From positions 2,294,001-2,358,000 of the forward strand of contig CM007992.1 of the NCBI GenBank assembly GCA_002189035.1: 64,000 nt of DNA, given 5' to 3'. This DNA comes from Utricularia gibba. Lineage: Eukaryota > Plantae > Magnoliophyta. Below the pieces are notes generated by a model, which saw only the letters and a program-made list of their open reading frames with translations, made no database searches and had not been told where the DNA came from. Numbering within the stretch: position 1 is the stretch's first letter; each line of letters opens with the position of its first letter. This document shows positions 12,880 to 24,750 of this stretch, piece by piece. A program made the position numbers and the translations under genes.

Positions 12880-14550
12880 TGTTTATTTTTTTGGCAAAAT
12901 AAGTCTCCAATAAATTTTTATATATGGGATCCATTTCACATAGTGATTATGTTGGTGATATCGATGATAGAAAAAGTAGATTTGGATATGTGTATTCTTA
13001 TCAATTCTTATGATGTATCTTGGAGATTCAAGAAGCAACCTATTGTAACACTGTCCACAATTGAAGAAGAATTCATTGTATGTCTATCAAGGAATATGGC
13101 TTAAATGAATTATGCAGGAGTTTGGATGTCTACTTGATAACACATGTTTTTTTAATGTCTTACAACTACAAAATAAATAACATTATGTTATTAAATTGGT
13201 ATTTTATCAAGCATTTCTGTATTTATGTGATTAAGAACGATGTTTACATTTTTTTATTCCAAGTTGGGACTACAATATTTAATCACTTTCTTTGAGCAAT
13301 ACAATACATTTTAGTAATGCAAATCCTAAAGAGCTGGCAAGGCATAATGAAAATGGTAGGAATGATGACAAAAATTGAGAATAGAAGACACCAAATGTTA
13401 AAGTTGCAAAAAATAAGATTTTAAGACATGATGAGAAGTGAGAAAATATCTCCACAAGTTTAAACAACACGTAACATTTTCTGGGGGAAGTTTCAAGAAC
13501 AACAAAATAGAAGAACCCTATAGAAGAAGGGAGACGAAACCAAGAGGACTTTTGAAGATTTTCTTTGTTCATGAGGAATATTATTCCCAATTGAGAGTAG
13601 TTTTAACATTATATATGAACTATTTACGATTTTGCTACTGTTTATGTTTCTTTTCGATTGTTAGACTCTAAAACATGGATGATGTTTATGCTATGTTATG
13701 CGTTGGTTTTATTTTCTTTTATCATGAATAGCTAAATGCCTAGTGGTGGCTTGGGACAAAGAGATATATGCATATTTGTTGTTCACTAAACCACATTTAT
13801 CATATAGTCACATGATGTTCCTATAAATTGGAATAGATCTAGGAGAGGAGGATAGTGATGTTCACTATAAACAACCCTAATTAGAAGTAGATAAAAAATT
13901 AGAGAAAAAGAAAGATTTGGATAGACTTGAAACATTATTTTTTATGTGAATGACTTTAGATTTAAATGGGATAGTTATAATTAGCATGCTAATCCTAGGA
14001 GTCCTAAGTCATCATCTTATTTCTTACTAAGTACCAATTGAGTTCACCATTTTACTGCTTAGTTGTATTGTATTTTATCGTAGAACTGAATTAATTTTAG
14101 CTTAAACTTAATCTTTTAACCGTGATATTCACGGAATGCTTTGACTTTAACATAACAAGCATCAGTTCCTTGTGTTCAACTCTAATCACTATACTCGTAA
14201 TTATTTCATTATTAAGTATGCATTAGGTTTATAAATTTTATTTAATATTAGAATTTGCATTTTTATAACAACGTGCGAATTTTTATTTATCACCACTTGG
14301 AGTGACAAATATTTATTGTGACAAAAAATCCACTATCCAATTGACAAATAATCTTGTTCTGCATGGTTGCACCAAACACATAGATGTGAGGTATCACATT
14401 CTTAGAAATTTATCTCAAGAAGGCCTAGTGAAACTAATGTATTCTAAAATGCAAGATCAGCTTACTGATTTGATGATGAAACCTATCAAAATGGAAACTT
14501 TCCAAAGGTTGATGAGCAAATTGGGAATGATCCTTATAGGGAAGGATTGA
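12880..14550 (+). mobile_element. Ty1/Copia RT-end/RNase H relic, split by a solo LTR
   Basis: Left part reads SDYVGDIDDRKS...SWRFKKQPIVTLSTIEEEFI; right part reads IYCDKKSTIQLTNNLVLHGCTKHIDVRYHILR...QDQLTDLMMKP. Both match the Copia RNase H consensus. Confidence 0.85.
13135..14292 (+). mobile_element. Solo LTR (Athila/Gypsy-like), 1158 bp
   Basis: Inverted termini TGATAA...TTATCA. TSD CTACT (13130-13134) / CCACT (14293-14297). Interrupts the Copia RNase H reading. Confidence 0.85.
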
Positions 14551-14789
14551 AGCTTGAAAAACATTTATAAGTTTAAGTTTATTAGTTTTTGACTTCTTCA
14601 AGTATGTTAGATCTCATCTGCATTTTTACTAGGAGGTACGTTATTATGAATGTGTCCACTTTCTATTTTTTTGTTTTTTTTAAACCCACAAGTTTCTCCA
14701 TAAAGTTATGCATTGAGTATGAATAAAAGAATCCGCACTTTTCATTCTCATTTGTGCTGGACATCCAGGTGGATCTAATAAAAATTGAA

Positions 14790-16260
14790 GTTAGTGAAAA
14801 TCTACCAACACCAACTTACATAGAGGAAATTAGAAATTTTTTAGGACATATAGGATTTTATAGTAGATTTATTGTGAATTTCTCGGATATTTATAAAGTA
14901 CTAACATCATTTCTTGTGCAAGATGTATAATTCTATGTTGATGTGCATGCCTTCAGTATAGTAAAGTAAGCTCTTGTCAATACAACCATTCAACCACTAG
15001 ATTGGATATTACCATTCAAGCGAATATACAATGTGGGTGATTATGTAGTAGGTGCTATTTCTTGGTAAAATAAGAACAAGATGATTTATGTGATTTGTTA
15101 TGCCAACAAAATCCTTAATAAAGTCCAATATAATTACACTATCACATAAAAGGAATGATTGGATATTGTTTTTCATATTGAATAATTAAGATCTTGTTTT
15201 GTGGGAATCAAGATAATTATTCATATGGATTGTGTAGCTTTAAAATATCTATTGGACAAAAAAGAATCAAAACTCAGGTTGATTAGATGGATTTTATACT
15301 TTGATTTAAAATTTCATGACAAAAAAAGGAACAGAAAATGTGGTAGCAAATCATTTATCGTATGATAAAAGAATTCGTTTCCTCATGGAAACTTCAGCTC
15401 AAAGAAAGTGCAGGAGAGCAACTAGTTGATGATTGTTTCCCCATGGAAAGAATTCGTGCAGTTCAAAATGGAATTTTGCTCTGATTTGCTAATATTGCTA
15501 ACTATTTAGTCAATCGCCCTAGAACTTAACTTCAACCAATGGTAAAAGTTTCGTGTAGAAATGAAGTGTCATTTTTTAAAAGAACTAATATTTTTAATAT
15601 GATGTGCTGATAAAATTATCAAAAGATGCTTATCATCAAAAGAGCTAAGGGACAACATTTGGCACTACCGTTCATTGTCATATAGAAGACATGAAGCAAC
15701 ATCCAAAACTAGGTTCAAGATTCTTCAATTACAATTTTATATATTCACCGTGAGTCAAGATGTGAGAGTTTTTATTCAAATATATGAACCATGTTAACAT
15801 GCAAGACCTATTTCCCAAAAATATAAAGAACCCATAACATATATTATGGAATCGGAAATTTTTATATTTGATGTCTGGATTTTATGAGACATTTTTCTTT
15901 TTCTTATGACAATACCTAAATTTTTGTGATGATAGATTATATTCAAAATGGTTATAATCTATTGAGGTTCCAGTAGTGGATGAAAAAACTATCATTAAGC
16001 TATTTAAAGAGATCATTCTACCCAAATTTTGCATGCCTGAATATGCCATAAGTGATTATGAAAAATAGTTCATAGAAATGGAATTCAAAAAGCCAATGTG
16101 GAGATATGAAATTGGATAAAGGGTATCAATTCTATACCATCCGCTAACCTACAATCAAGTGTAGATTACTAACAAAGAATTGAAGAGGATACTAAAGCAT
16201 ACACTAGCTAAAATCCACAAGAATTAAGTATCTAAATTGAAAAATGCTACATGAACTTAT
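14790..16260 (+). mobile_element. Degraded Athila-like Gypsy pol (RT end, RNase H, integrase)
   Basis: Broken frames resemble LPxPTxxxEIRxFLGHxGFYxRFI, ALKYLLDKKESKxRLIRWIL and ENVVAxHLS, followed by integrase-like DF/SKW segments. Many stops and frameshifts. Confidence 0.8.
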
Positions 16261-17489
16261 AGTATATAAGACAGTATTAAATAAATATTATTAAAATAGT
16301 AAAAAACGTATTTAAAAATCTAATGCTTCCAAATTAGATTTTTATAAATTTAATCCAACCACTTGGGTGTATTTTTTGAATATTTTCAATGTTTGGTGCA
16401 ACTTCAAAATAAACATAAAAAAGTGGGATACGCTAACAGCCACATTGAAGGTGTGCAGGTAGGATGTGTCTTTATTGATTGTTAACATGGGTAGGGGCTG
16501 CTTTTTAATTTCTTTTTCAACAACTTATTGTGGTATTGGGACACAATTAATGTTTATTTTCATTTTGGTCCCAGCCATTTGAGATGATTGCGTCAAAGAG
16601 ATAAATGATTATTAAAGAAACGAACGCGGTCAGTCAGAGCGCGTCATTAAAATGTATATCATCTCATTAAAAATATTTAATAAAAACATATAAAATATTT
16701 CATTCGAATTTTACGCATATTAATTAATAAATGTTTTGAATAAGACGTAGGTAAGAAAATGAATGCACGGGGTTGATCCCGGCGTCAACGGATGACGAGC
16801 TCGAGAGGGAATTGACTGACACAATTTGTTGGATGTCAGGGTGAATTCTTGTCGAAAGGTGTAACCTTTATGTTCCCCTTTCTCTCTACTTCACTTCACT
16901 TCCTTCCCCAATGAAATATGGACAACAAGCGTCGTTTATCAGTTTCTTTGGGGCAAGGGGGATCTCCCGGTTTCACTCCCCGCACCCACCTCTTCATTCT
17001 TGTCCGGCACGGTTTGGCTGAACACTAAGTTCCATCGAACTTCCTTTGTGGCTTTGGGTCTAGTTGGTCTTTCTGTGCAGTTCTTGTGGAGAGTGAATCT
17101 GGGTTCTTCTTCTTCTTCTTCTTTTTTTTTTCCAACTGGGTTTAAATCGGTTTTTCATTTACCATTTCTTCACTTCTGTTCAGGTTTCGTTTTCTTTTGG
17201 TTCAGCAACTGTTGGGATTATTCTAATCGGGTGCTAAGTAGCGAGATCTCTTCGCGTTTGGAAATTGGGGTTTTTTTGGGTAGTTGCTATTTGAGCTCGA
17301 GATTCACCATCCTTCTTTGAATTGTGACTTCAGCAGCAGTTTTTTTAACTGTTTTTCTTTTGAGGTTTTCGGCGTTCTCACTCTCTTTTTCCCCTTTCTA
17401 ACACGGGCGGAGTTGATAGTATCCCTGGCCTTTTAGCCATTGGTGAAACTGGATTCCAGAGTGCTGCTTGAGTTATATTAGAACTGAAT

Positions 17490-20370
17490 ATGATTGATCA
17501 ATTTATCAATTTCGTAATCAGGCCACCGAGGTGAGCTTATCTTGCTGGTTTGTCTCATTTTATGTTGTTCCGTATTAATTCGATGCATCTGTGAGCCAAA
17601 CTCTTGTTCTTCCTGAGTTGGATACAGATTTGTGTTCATGACTAAACTTACTATTGCCGTAATCTTTTCAAACAGGGCTGAGTACAATCCCGACCATTAT
17701 TTGTGGGACAAGGACTTTACACTTGCTGGGAGAAGATACAAAAGGGAAGACTTGGAGGCAAGTACGGGCATCTCATAAGAAGGCGCTTTTCTTTCCCTTC
17801 GTGTTCAATTTTAACCAGCTGTGCATTTCATGTTCAAGCTAAAACAAAAAATAAGAAAACACAGCAATATGATAATCCTGCATCTTATTCGAACTTTTTC
17901 TTTGTTGAAAAAAGATTGTTATTTAATTCTTGGCCTCAAGCGTCACAAGGTCCCGCATGCTTGATTTGTGCAGCTTAAAAATGAAAGGGGGCATACCTTG
18001 AAGTGTAGCCATTATGTTCCTGCTGAGTTCCCTGATGATTCTCCCCTTCCATGCGTTGTGTATTGTCATGGAAACAGGTTTGTTATTGTCTTGTCTTAAA
18101 GCTAGCTATTGAAACTACAGATTCTGAATTGGGAAGTCATTTTTTTCTTGGAAATGAGTGTAGCGTGTGAGTATAATGATTGTCATAATATTTTGGAGTG
18201 TACCGTAACACCTTCATTAAGATATATAGGAATGAGAGGTACCACATTGCTGGTTTTAGTTTTTCGTATGTAAATCCAGCACTGTATCTATTATTATAAA
18301 TCAATGAAGACATTCCGATGCAGTGGGTGCCGAGCTGATGCAAATGAGGCAGCAGTTGTTCTTTTGCCTTCCAACATCACCGTATTCACGCTTGATTTTT
18401 CTGGTTCCGGCTTATCTGATGGCAACTTTGTCAGCCTTGGCTGGCATGAGGTACTTCCTTCATGACTTTACTTTTACCTAACTTTATTTGTGTTCCCCCG
18501 TCCTGGAGTTCTGCAATCCAAATTTCAGAAAGATGACCTCAAGGTAGTAGTATCATATTTGAGAGGCAACGAGAAAGTATCTTGTATTGGTCTTTGGGGA
18601 AGATCCATGGGTGCCGTGACATGGTTGGTGCCCAAATTCCTCAGTTTCTTGCTATATTTAACAACACACTGGTGATGACTTTTGTGATCTAGAATTCTTT
18701 CAATTGCTTCTCCTGAAACACAGTCTTCTTTACGGGGCAGAAGATCCTTCTATTGCTGGAATGGTGTTGGACAGTGCCTTCTCCAATTTGTTCAATCTGA
18801 TGTTGGAACTTGCAGATGTTTACAAAATCCGGCTTCCGAAATTCACAGTATGCTCAATCTCTTGTGATTCTCATATAAAATCCATGATGCATGTCTCTGC
18901 TGATTTTCCATTCATGTATCCATGCTGGGAGTATGTAATTACTATCAAATGCTTCGACAGGTTAAGATGGCTGTGCAGTACATGAGAAGAGTGATAGTAA
19001 AGAAGGCCAAGTTTGATATTATGCGATTAGATTGCATAGAGGTTTATAGTCATATCTATCTCTAACCCTTCATATACATGAACATTCTTGGAAAGTTTGT
19101 ATGAGTTAGTTTTCGAAAATCAGGTTGCATCCAAGACTTTCATCCCTGCTCTATTTGGGCATGCAAAAGATGATAAATTTATTCATCCTCGGCATTCAGA
19201 TGCTATATATGAGTCCTATTCGGTATGAGCATGCTCAACAAATCTCTGTCTCGATCATTTTCTTCTGCTATACTCTGTGATGTCTTCGTATTTGCAGGGT
19301 GATAAAAATGTTATCAAGTTTGAGGGTGATCATAACTCTTCACGGCCTCCCTTTTACTACGATTCTGTTTGTATTTTCTTGTACAACGTGCTTCACCCGC
19401 CTCAACCTCCATCCTTATTTTCTTCCAAGATGGAGAAATACTGTGATCTCAGAGACTTGGAGGTGGGCACTCGTGTTGATGAGGTGACTTTCACATATAT
19501 TTTCGTATGGAGATATGTGCTTCTCTGTTTAACGATCTTATCACTGTGGTGTTGTAGGACATGCTGTATGAAATAATTGCAGGACTTCGCAGCAATGTGG
19601 CAGTGGATACCCCGAGTTCTTCCTCCGGTCCGCGCACTCTTTCAGCCACCAAGTCCATGGGGGAGATGCTTCTAGACATGACGCCTGATTTTAATGTAAC
19701 AAGTTACTACTCCCTGAATGATCGATCCCTAAACTTGTTTGAGGCTACTCCCTTAGCATTTCTTGAAAGTCAATTTGGCAGGATATCTTGGCAATTGAGG
19801 AGGCAGAGCTCCATGGCGATGGTGGCTTACAGATGCTGGTACAGTAGATGTAGCTTAGCTGAATTTGATGTACTAGAGAGGGTGCTGAATCACTTGTGAT
19901 GCTTTCAGCATGATGGCTGCTCGTTCACAAGCTCGAATCGGGAGAGCTGGGGAAGATGCTCATCACTAGGCACAGATGATGAACCTTCCATCAACCGTAC
20001 AAGTGGCAACAAACAAGACGAGGTCGCCATCTCTTTGTGACATAACACTTGCTGTAGCTGAGCATTCATCCATTGCATCCAACAACCACTTCTGAACTCG
20101 TCTTCTTTACAGAGCACGATAAGGGTGCTGGCAACCCCTCTTCGGAGTTCTCAGAAGATCCGGTTGAAGGAGGATGAGAAGAAGAAGAAGAGCAAGAGCA
20201 AGAGCAAGAGCAAGAGCAAGAGCAAGAAGAAGAAGGAAGTGGAGGAGTCATCCGGGTGGAAGAAATCGAGGCATGAGACACTGGAGAAGCTGGAGGCTCT
20301 GAGCCAGCGCCTTCGTCATTGCATCCTCAAGGGAGTAAATCACAGGAGACATCACTGTTCCTCCCCATAA
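17490..20370 (+). CDS. Alpha/beta-hydrolase superfamily protein (Arabidopsis At4g17150-like), about 13 coding exons
   Basis: Exons 17490-17530, 17676-17757, 17974-18077, 18324-18450, 18529-18623, 18724-18847, 18961-19041, 19124-19222, 19298-19483, 19558-~19696, then less certain short exons to 20370. Translation: MIDQFINFVIRPPRAEYNPDHY, VVYCHGNSGCRADA, nucleophile GLWGRSMGA, FEGDHNSSRP, C-terminal LEKLEALSQRLRHCILKGVNHRRH. Confidence 0.92.
20191..20226 (+). repeat. Coding hexanucleotide microsatellite (AGCAAG)6 encoding (SK)6
   Basis: Six perfect AGCAAG units within the last exon of the hydrolase gene. Confidence 0.95.
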
Positions 20371-21016
20371 GCAAAAGGCAATTAAGAATGCAATGCCTCG
20401 CTGTGCAATGTTCCACCCACTGAGAGCTGCTAATCTAACGTTGTATGTGCGCATGTGCGTGTGTTGTACTCTCGCCCTGTTTTTTCTAACAAATAATTGA
20501 CGGAAACCCAGAGTAATGGATTTGTATTCCCAAAAAATAGGTATATGTATAACTATATATTAAAAGGGTGCTTGGTAGATTATCTATATTATTTAAACAT
20601 TTGTGCCTTGTTAATAATGTAGGAATATTAAAAAAGAAAAAAAGAAATGGATTAGATTTGGTGTTAGGAGGGAGGAAGCGTGAATGCGAGTAAGTAAATG
20701 TCCCAGGCTGGGGTGGCCTGCCCTGGCCCTCGGCTAAATGGTGACATCAATGAATTTTATTACGATGGGGATGGGGACACACTCCATTTTCTTCTTTTAA
20801 AGGGATTTAGGGTAATTTAATAAACCAATAATTCCCAAAATTCCTTGACCATAAATAATTATTCCAAGATTGGTCCATGCCCAGCATCATCATCTATGTG
20901 CCGTGCCGGGGTCATGGAAGCATATGCATCCAGTGCAAATGGAGTGAGAGCAAAAGTGAGTAACTAGTCCATGAAATAGTAGTCTCAAGAAGAATACAAC
21001 AACGGTTAGAAGCTTT

Positions 21017-21017
<1 letters not shown>

Positions 21018-21052
<35 letters not shown>
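21018..21052. repeat. (AGC/CTG)11 microsatellite, probably in the MYB-CC 3' UTR
   Basis: Eleven perfect AGC units ~95 bp past the MYB-CC stop codon. Confidence 0.95.
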
Positions 21053-21053
<1 letters not shown>

Positions 21054-21145
21054 GATTTACATCGTCAAACAAGTTAGCGGTGGTGAGTTATCGGCCAGCC
21101 ATTTTCACCTGAAGCTTGCAATTACAGCCCAGAGTGGGGTGCCGG

Positions 21146-22976
21146 CTAAAGTGTCTTCACCACCCCGTTTCCCATCATCCCATGTGAAGGAGGTTGCATC
21201 AAAGGTAAATCTGCGGTGATGACATCAGATTCACCCCATAGAAACAAGGCGCTTGTGGAGTCGAAGTTTAGCAGAGGCCTCTTAACGTCGTTCAAAGGCA
21301 GCTCTTGAGGCAGTCCCGCAGGTGAAGTCAGGCTGCGTTTTGTTGAGTAATCAGCATGCCCCCGCTGAAGATCTGGAGGTATTTCTGGGACCCCCAGGTC
21401 CTCTGAAGGGTGAGATGGATAGCATGGAACCGGGATCACGGACCCGCCATGGACTGGATTCTTGGATCCCTTGTCTGAAAAGGCTGCCACATCGTCGCTG
21501 GCTGCAGCGTCTCCGATTATCTGATCGGCTAGCATCTTGCATGCTTGCTCCAGCATAGCCAAGTATCTTCTCTCCGCATCCTGACGAATTTGCAAGTGTT
21601 TTTCCGCCTGGACGAGAAAACATTTAAGTGACACGGACCACGTATTGGTTGGGAGGGAACCTCAGAAATGCACTAGCCAGATCACCTCTACTTGAAGATG
21701 CAGTTTACTTTGAACTTCCATTTGTGCTCTTAAAGCTTCCTTGACCTCGTATCCACTGCACAAATGAACCGAGTGCTCCTATTTTCGCATGTAGAGAAAT
21801 AAACAATGTCACAACGATTATCCAAATGCTTACTCATTCATGTCAGACGCCGGTAGATTTTGAGGCGAACTACTTGAATGGGGGCTGTCTAGATGGAATC
21901 CACCTGAAAACATGTAAAAAAACTCCTCTAAGACGCCCTTCTTAGTTTCACTCACAACTCCACGGGTTCCTTTCCGCCCTAAGGTTCAACTTTTTGCCTA
22001 CTAACCAAGATGCATCTTCAAGAATCCGTATTGAGTCTTATAAGTGGGTCAACTGGCCGCTTACGAGAAGTTGCAAACTACTAAGAGGGAGGAAAAACAT
22101 CAAAAGGAAGTTGGTACCATCTTTTGAAGCTTCACCAAGCTCTTTCCCCGATTGTTTCCCTAATCTGTACTTCTGTAAGATAAGAGAACAGGATTAGCCA
22201 CAAAAAGAGGCTGAAAATGGAAAAAAGTGCATGTCAACAAAAGGAAAAACCTGGAGATGGCTCTTCAAATGAAACAGGGTCAACCCCTTGACACCCATTG
22301 CCCGCATTATTGCCTTCGGGGTAGCTTCTGAAGAGAATGAAATTCAAAGTGTTAAACCCCCAAGCAGATCTACACTCCGAGCAAGAAGTTCGCAGATGAC
22401 AAGATTATTCATTAGCCTATGTTTTGATGGAATTTTTCTGAGAGTAAAATACCAAAATTTTGACTGGGGATCCATATAAACCAATTCATCTCAAGACACC
22501 TAAGAATGTAGCTCAAAAAGCAGTCTTGTAAGACACAGTCTTCATTACTGCAGTTTTACTACAAACAATTTTAGGAATGCACAATTTCAAGGAAAACAGG
22601 GCCGACACATGAACCTAGCTATCATTCTGCACAATTTTAGGAATGCTGAAAAAAAGCTAAGAGATCCAGGAATGCATTAGAACAATACAGAATCCCCAAA
22701 CCCACTTATGCAACGCGCCAGCTCAAAACGAAAAATAAAAAACGCAAGCAGAAAGAAATAATGCTAACTGCTAGCTCCCCCGAGCTGAGTAACCGCGTCG
22801 ACGAAGCGCTCATGGAGGTCCGCCGTCCACCGGAGGCGCGGCTTGGGGTCAGAAGTCAACTGAACCATACAAGGATCGCCGGGGAGCCGTTGACCGTACC
22901 CAGAACCAGTTGAAACCTGAATAGCAGAGTCTTGACTCAAAATGGCTTCACGGGACTGAATCATTCTGGGGAACAT
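21146..22976 (-). CDS. MYB-CC (GARP/PHR1-like, APL/PHL family) transcription factor
   Basis: Exons 22976-22769, 22327-22251, 22172-22118, 21903-21834, 21755-21686, 21607-21146, all with GT-AG introns. Contains [34 protein letters not shown]...LKSHLQKYRLG (SHLQKY motif) and the coiled coil ALRAQMEVQSKLHLQVEAEKHLQIRQDAERRYL. Confidence 0.95.
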
Positions 22977-24049
22977 TGGAGCGGGGCGCCCAGAAACAAG
23001 ATCTCTGAAGCTTGAGCAGGAGAGGGGGGTTGGGGTTGGTAAAAATAGGGGATGGGGTATCCGTCGCGTCGGTTAAAATTGAAAAAAATTGATTTGTGGG
23101 TAATGAGGAGATGGGGGGGGAGGAGAAGAGTAGCATAGAGTAGAGACTACCTGTCTATCCCCTTCGTCGCTAGCGTTGTTTCTTCTCTGTCATCGCTGCT
23201 AAAGAGAAAATGATCGGGAAATTGGGGAAAATGTTTGACTCCGGTGGGCAAGATTTCGACAGCCTCATTTTGAGGAGGAGTCGGCATTATTCCGATTACT
23301 CGCATCCTCCATCAACCTTACATCAAACATTTTCCTAAGCTTATCCATAGCACATACAAGCACAAGTTTCAGCCATTTTTTTATGAAGCAGACAAAAAGT
23401 GAGCGCCGAACTTCAGATTAGGGGGCGCCAACTCTTTTTTATTATTATTAATAAATGTAATTAAATATCAAATAATTTCAGTATTTCAAATTTGGTACCG
23501 AAATACCGAAATAAAATCATAGTTATAAAAAAAAATCAAATAAGAACAAAAAATTACGGAAACATTATTCCAATACAACTGTTGTTAAAGAAACAACATC
23601 ATTATACCTTAAATCCGTCTAAAAATAAAACATAAATGTTATACCCAAACATGAAGAATAAAAACGCAATTGTCTCTTTCTCCCATGAATTGAGTGATTC
23701 AAAACTATAAAATAGCATGTATTCTTGGATTGTACTACTCCAACACAAGTGCTCATAATTTTAAATATTCCAAAATTTAACATGAAGTGAATAATTAACA
23801 AAAAAATATCAGACATAATATTTTTTCATATATAAATTTGTTATCATTTTCAAACTTATTTACATATATCTTCTTCAACATTATTAATGCCTCTTCTACA
23901 AAACCAATCTTGAGTAGATATGAATATCCCCACAATTTTAGAATCCTAAGAACTCCTAAAATGATCAAGCATTCGTCCACCTATCAATCTTTTTTTAAAA
24001 ATACTTCATAAAAACATTGAATATAAATATTCAAAACATATACCAATAC

Positions 24050-24750
24050 TAGATGCCAACGCAAAAGGAAACTGCACAAAATATAATGTCACCACCCATT
24101 TGAGCATGAATAGAAAACCTCATTGTATTATCATAATATGTCAAAAGATCAAACTTTGAATATGTTTTTCCTTCTACATCTCTCAATTATTTATCCAATT
24201 CAGATTTTTCTGTCTTAGTTAATCCATTTTTCTTATTCTTTTCCATCATTTGCAACAGTCTAATCTTAATGTACAATATATTAGAATTCATGTAAGTTAT
24301 TTGTTCTCTAAGACTCATTTTCGTTTGTACATATACAAATATATTATGGAATCATGGATGTGCCATTATCATCTTCAATATCGTTTTTGAAACTAGTATT
24401 TTCATCATCCTATCTTTCAAAAGTTTCCACAAACTAAAGTGCACTTTTAGAAGTTAAATAAATTGAATCCTATCTTGTTGTCACATCCAATGATAAAGAG
24501 AGTTTACTAAGTATTTTTTCAGCCAATACTTTTTTAAACGTCAACAATCTTGAAAAAGATCCTTTGAAATAGATTACAATTTTATTAACTTAGCCAGCTT
24601 AATTCCATCTCATAGGAAGTAGTTCACATTTCACGATTTTTCCCTTTGCATGACAATACTCATCTCTCAAGATGTATGCAACCCAACTCAATCCATGACA
24701 ACCCCAACTCTTAGAGATATATTTTGTTCACTTTGCTTTTTTACTTTTTG
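24050..24750 (-). mobile_element. Degraded hAT (Ac-like) transposase relic
   Basis: Minus strand reads GSFSRLLTFKK...LSLDVTTR*DSIYL..AL.F, matching the LDVxTRWNSTYLM motif. accgaa-type subterminal repeats occur near 23490. Confidence 0.6.

Noticed and set aside
20066-21072. (SC)n and poly-Cys ORFs (20066-20281, 20890-21072)
   Set aside because: Artefacts of reading the AGCAAG and AGC microsatellites on the other strand.
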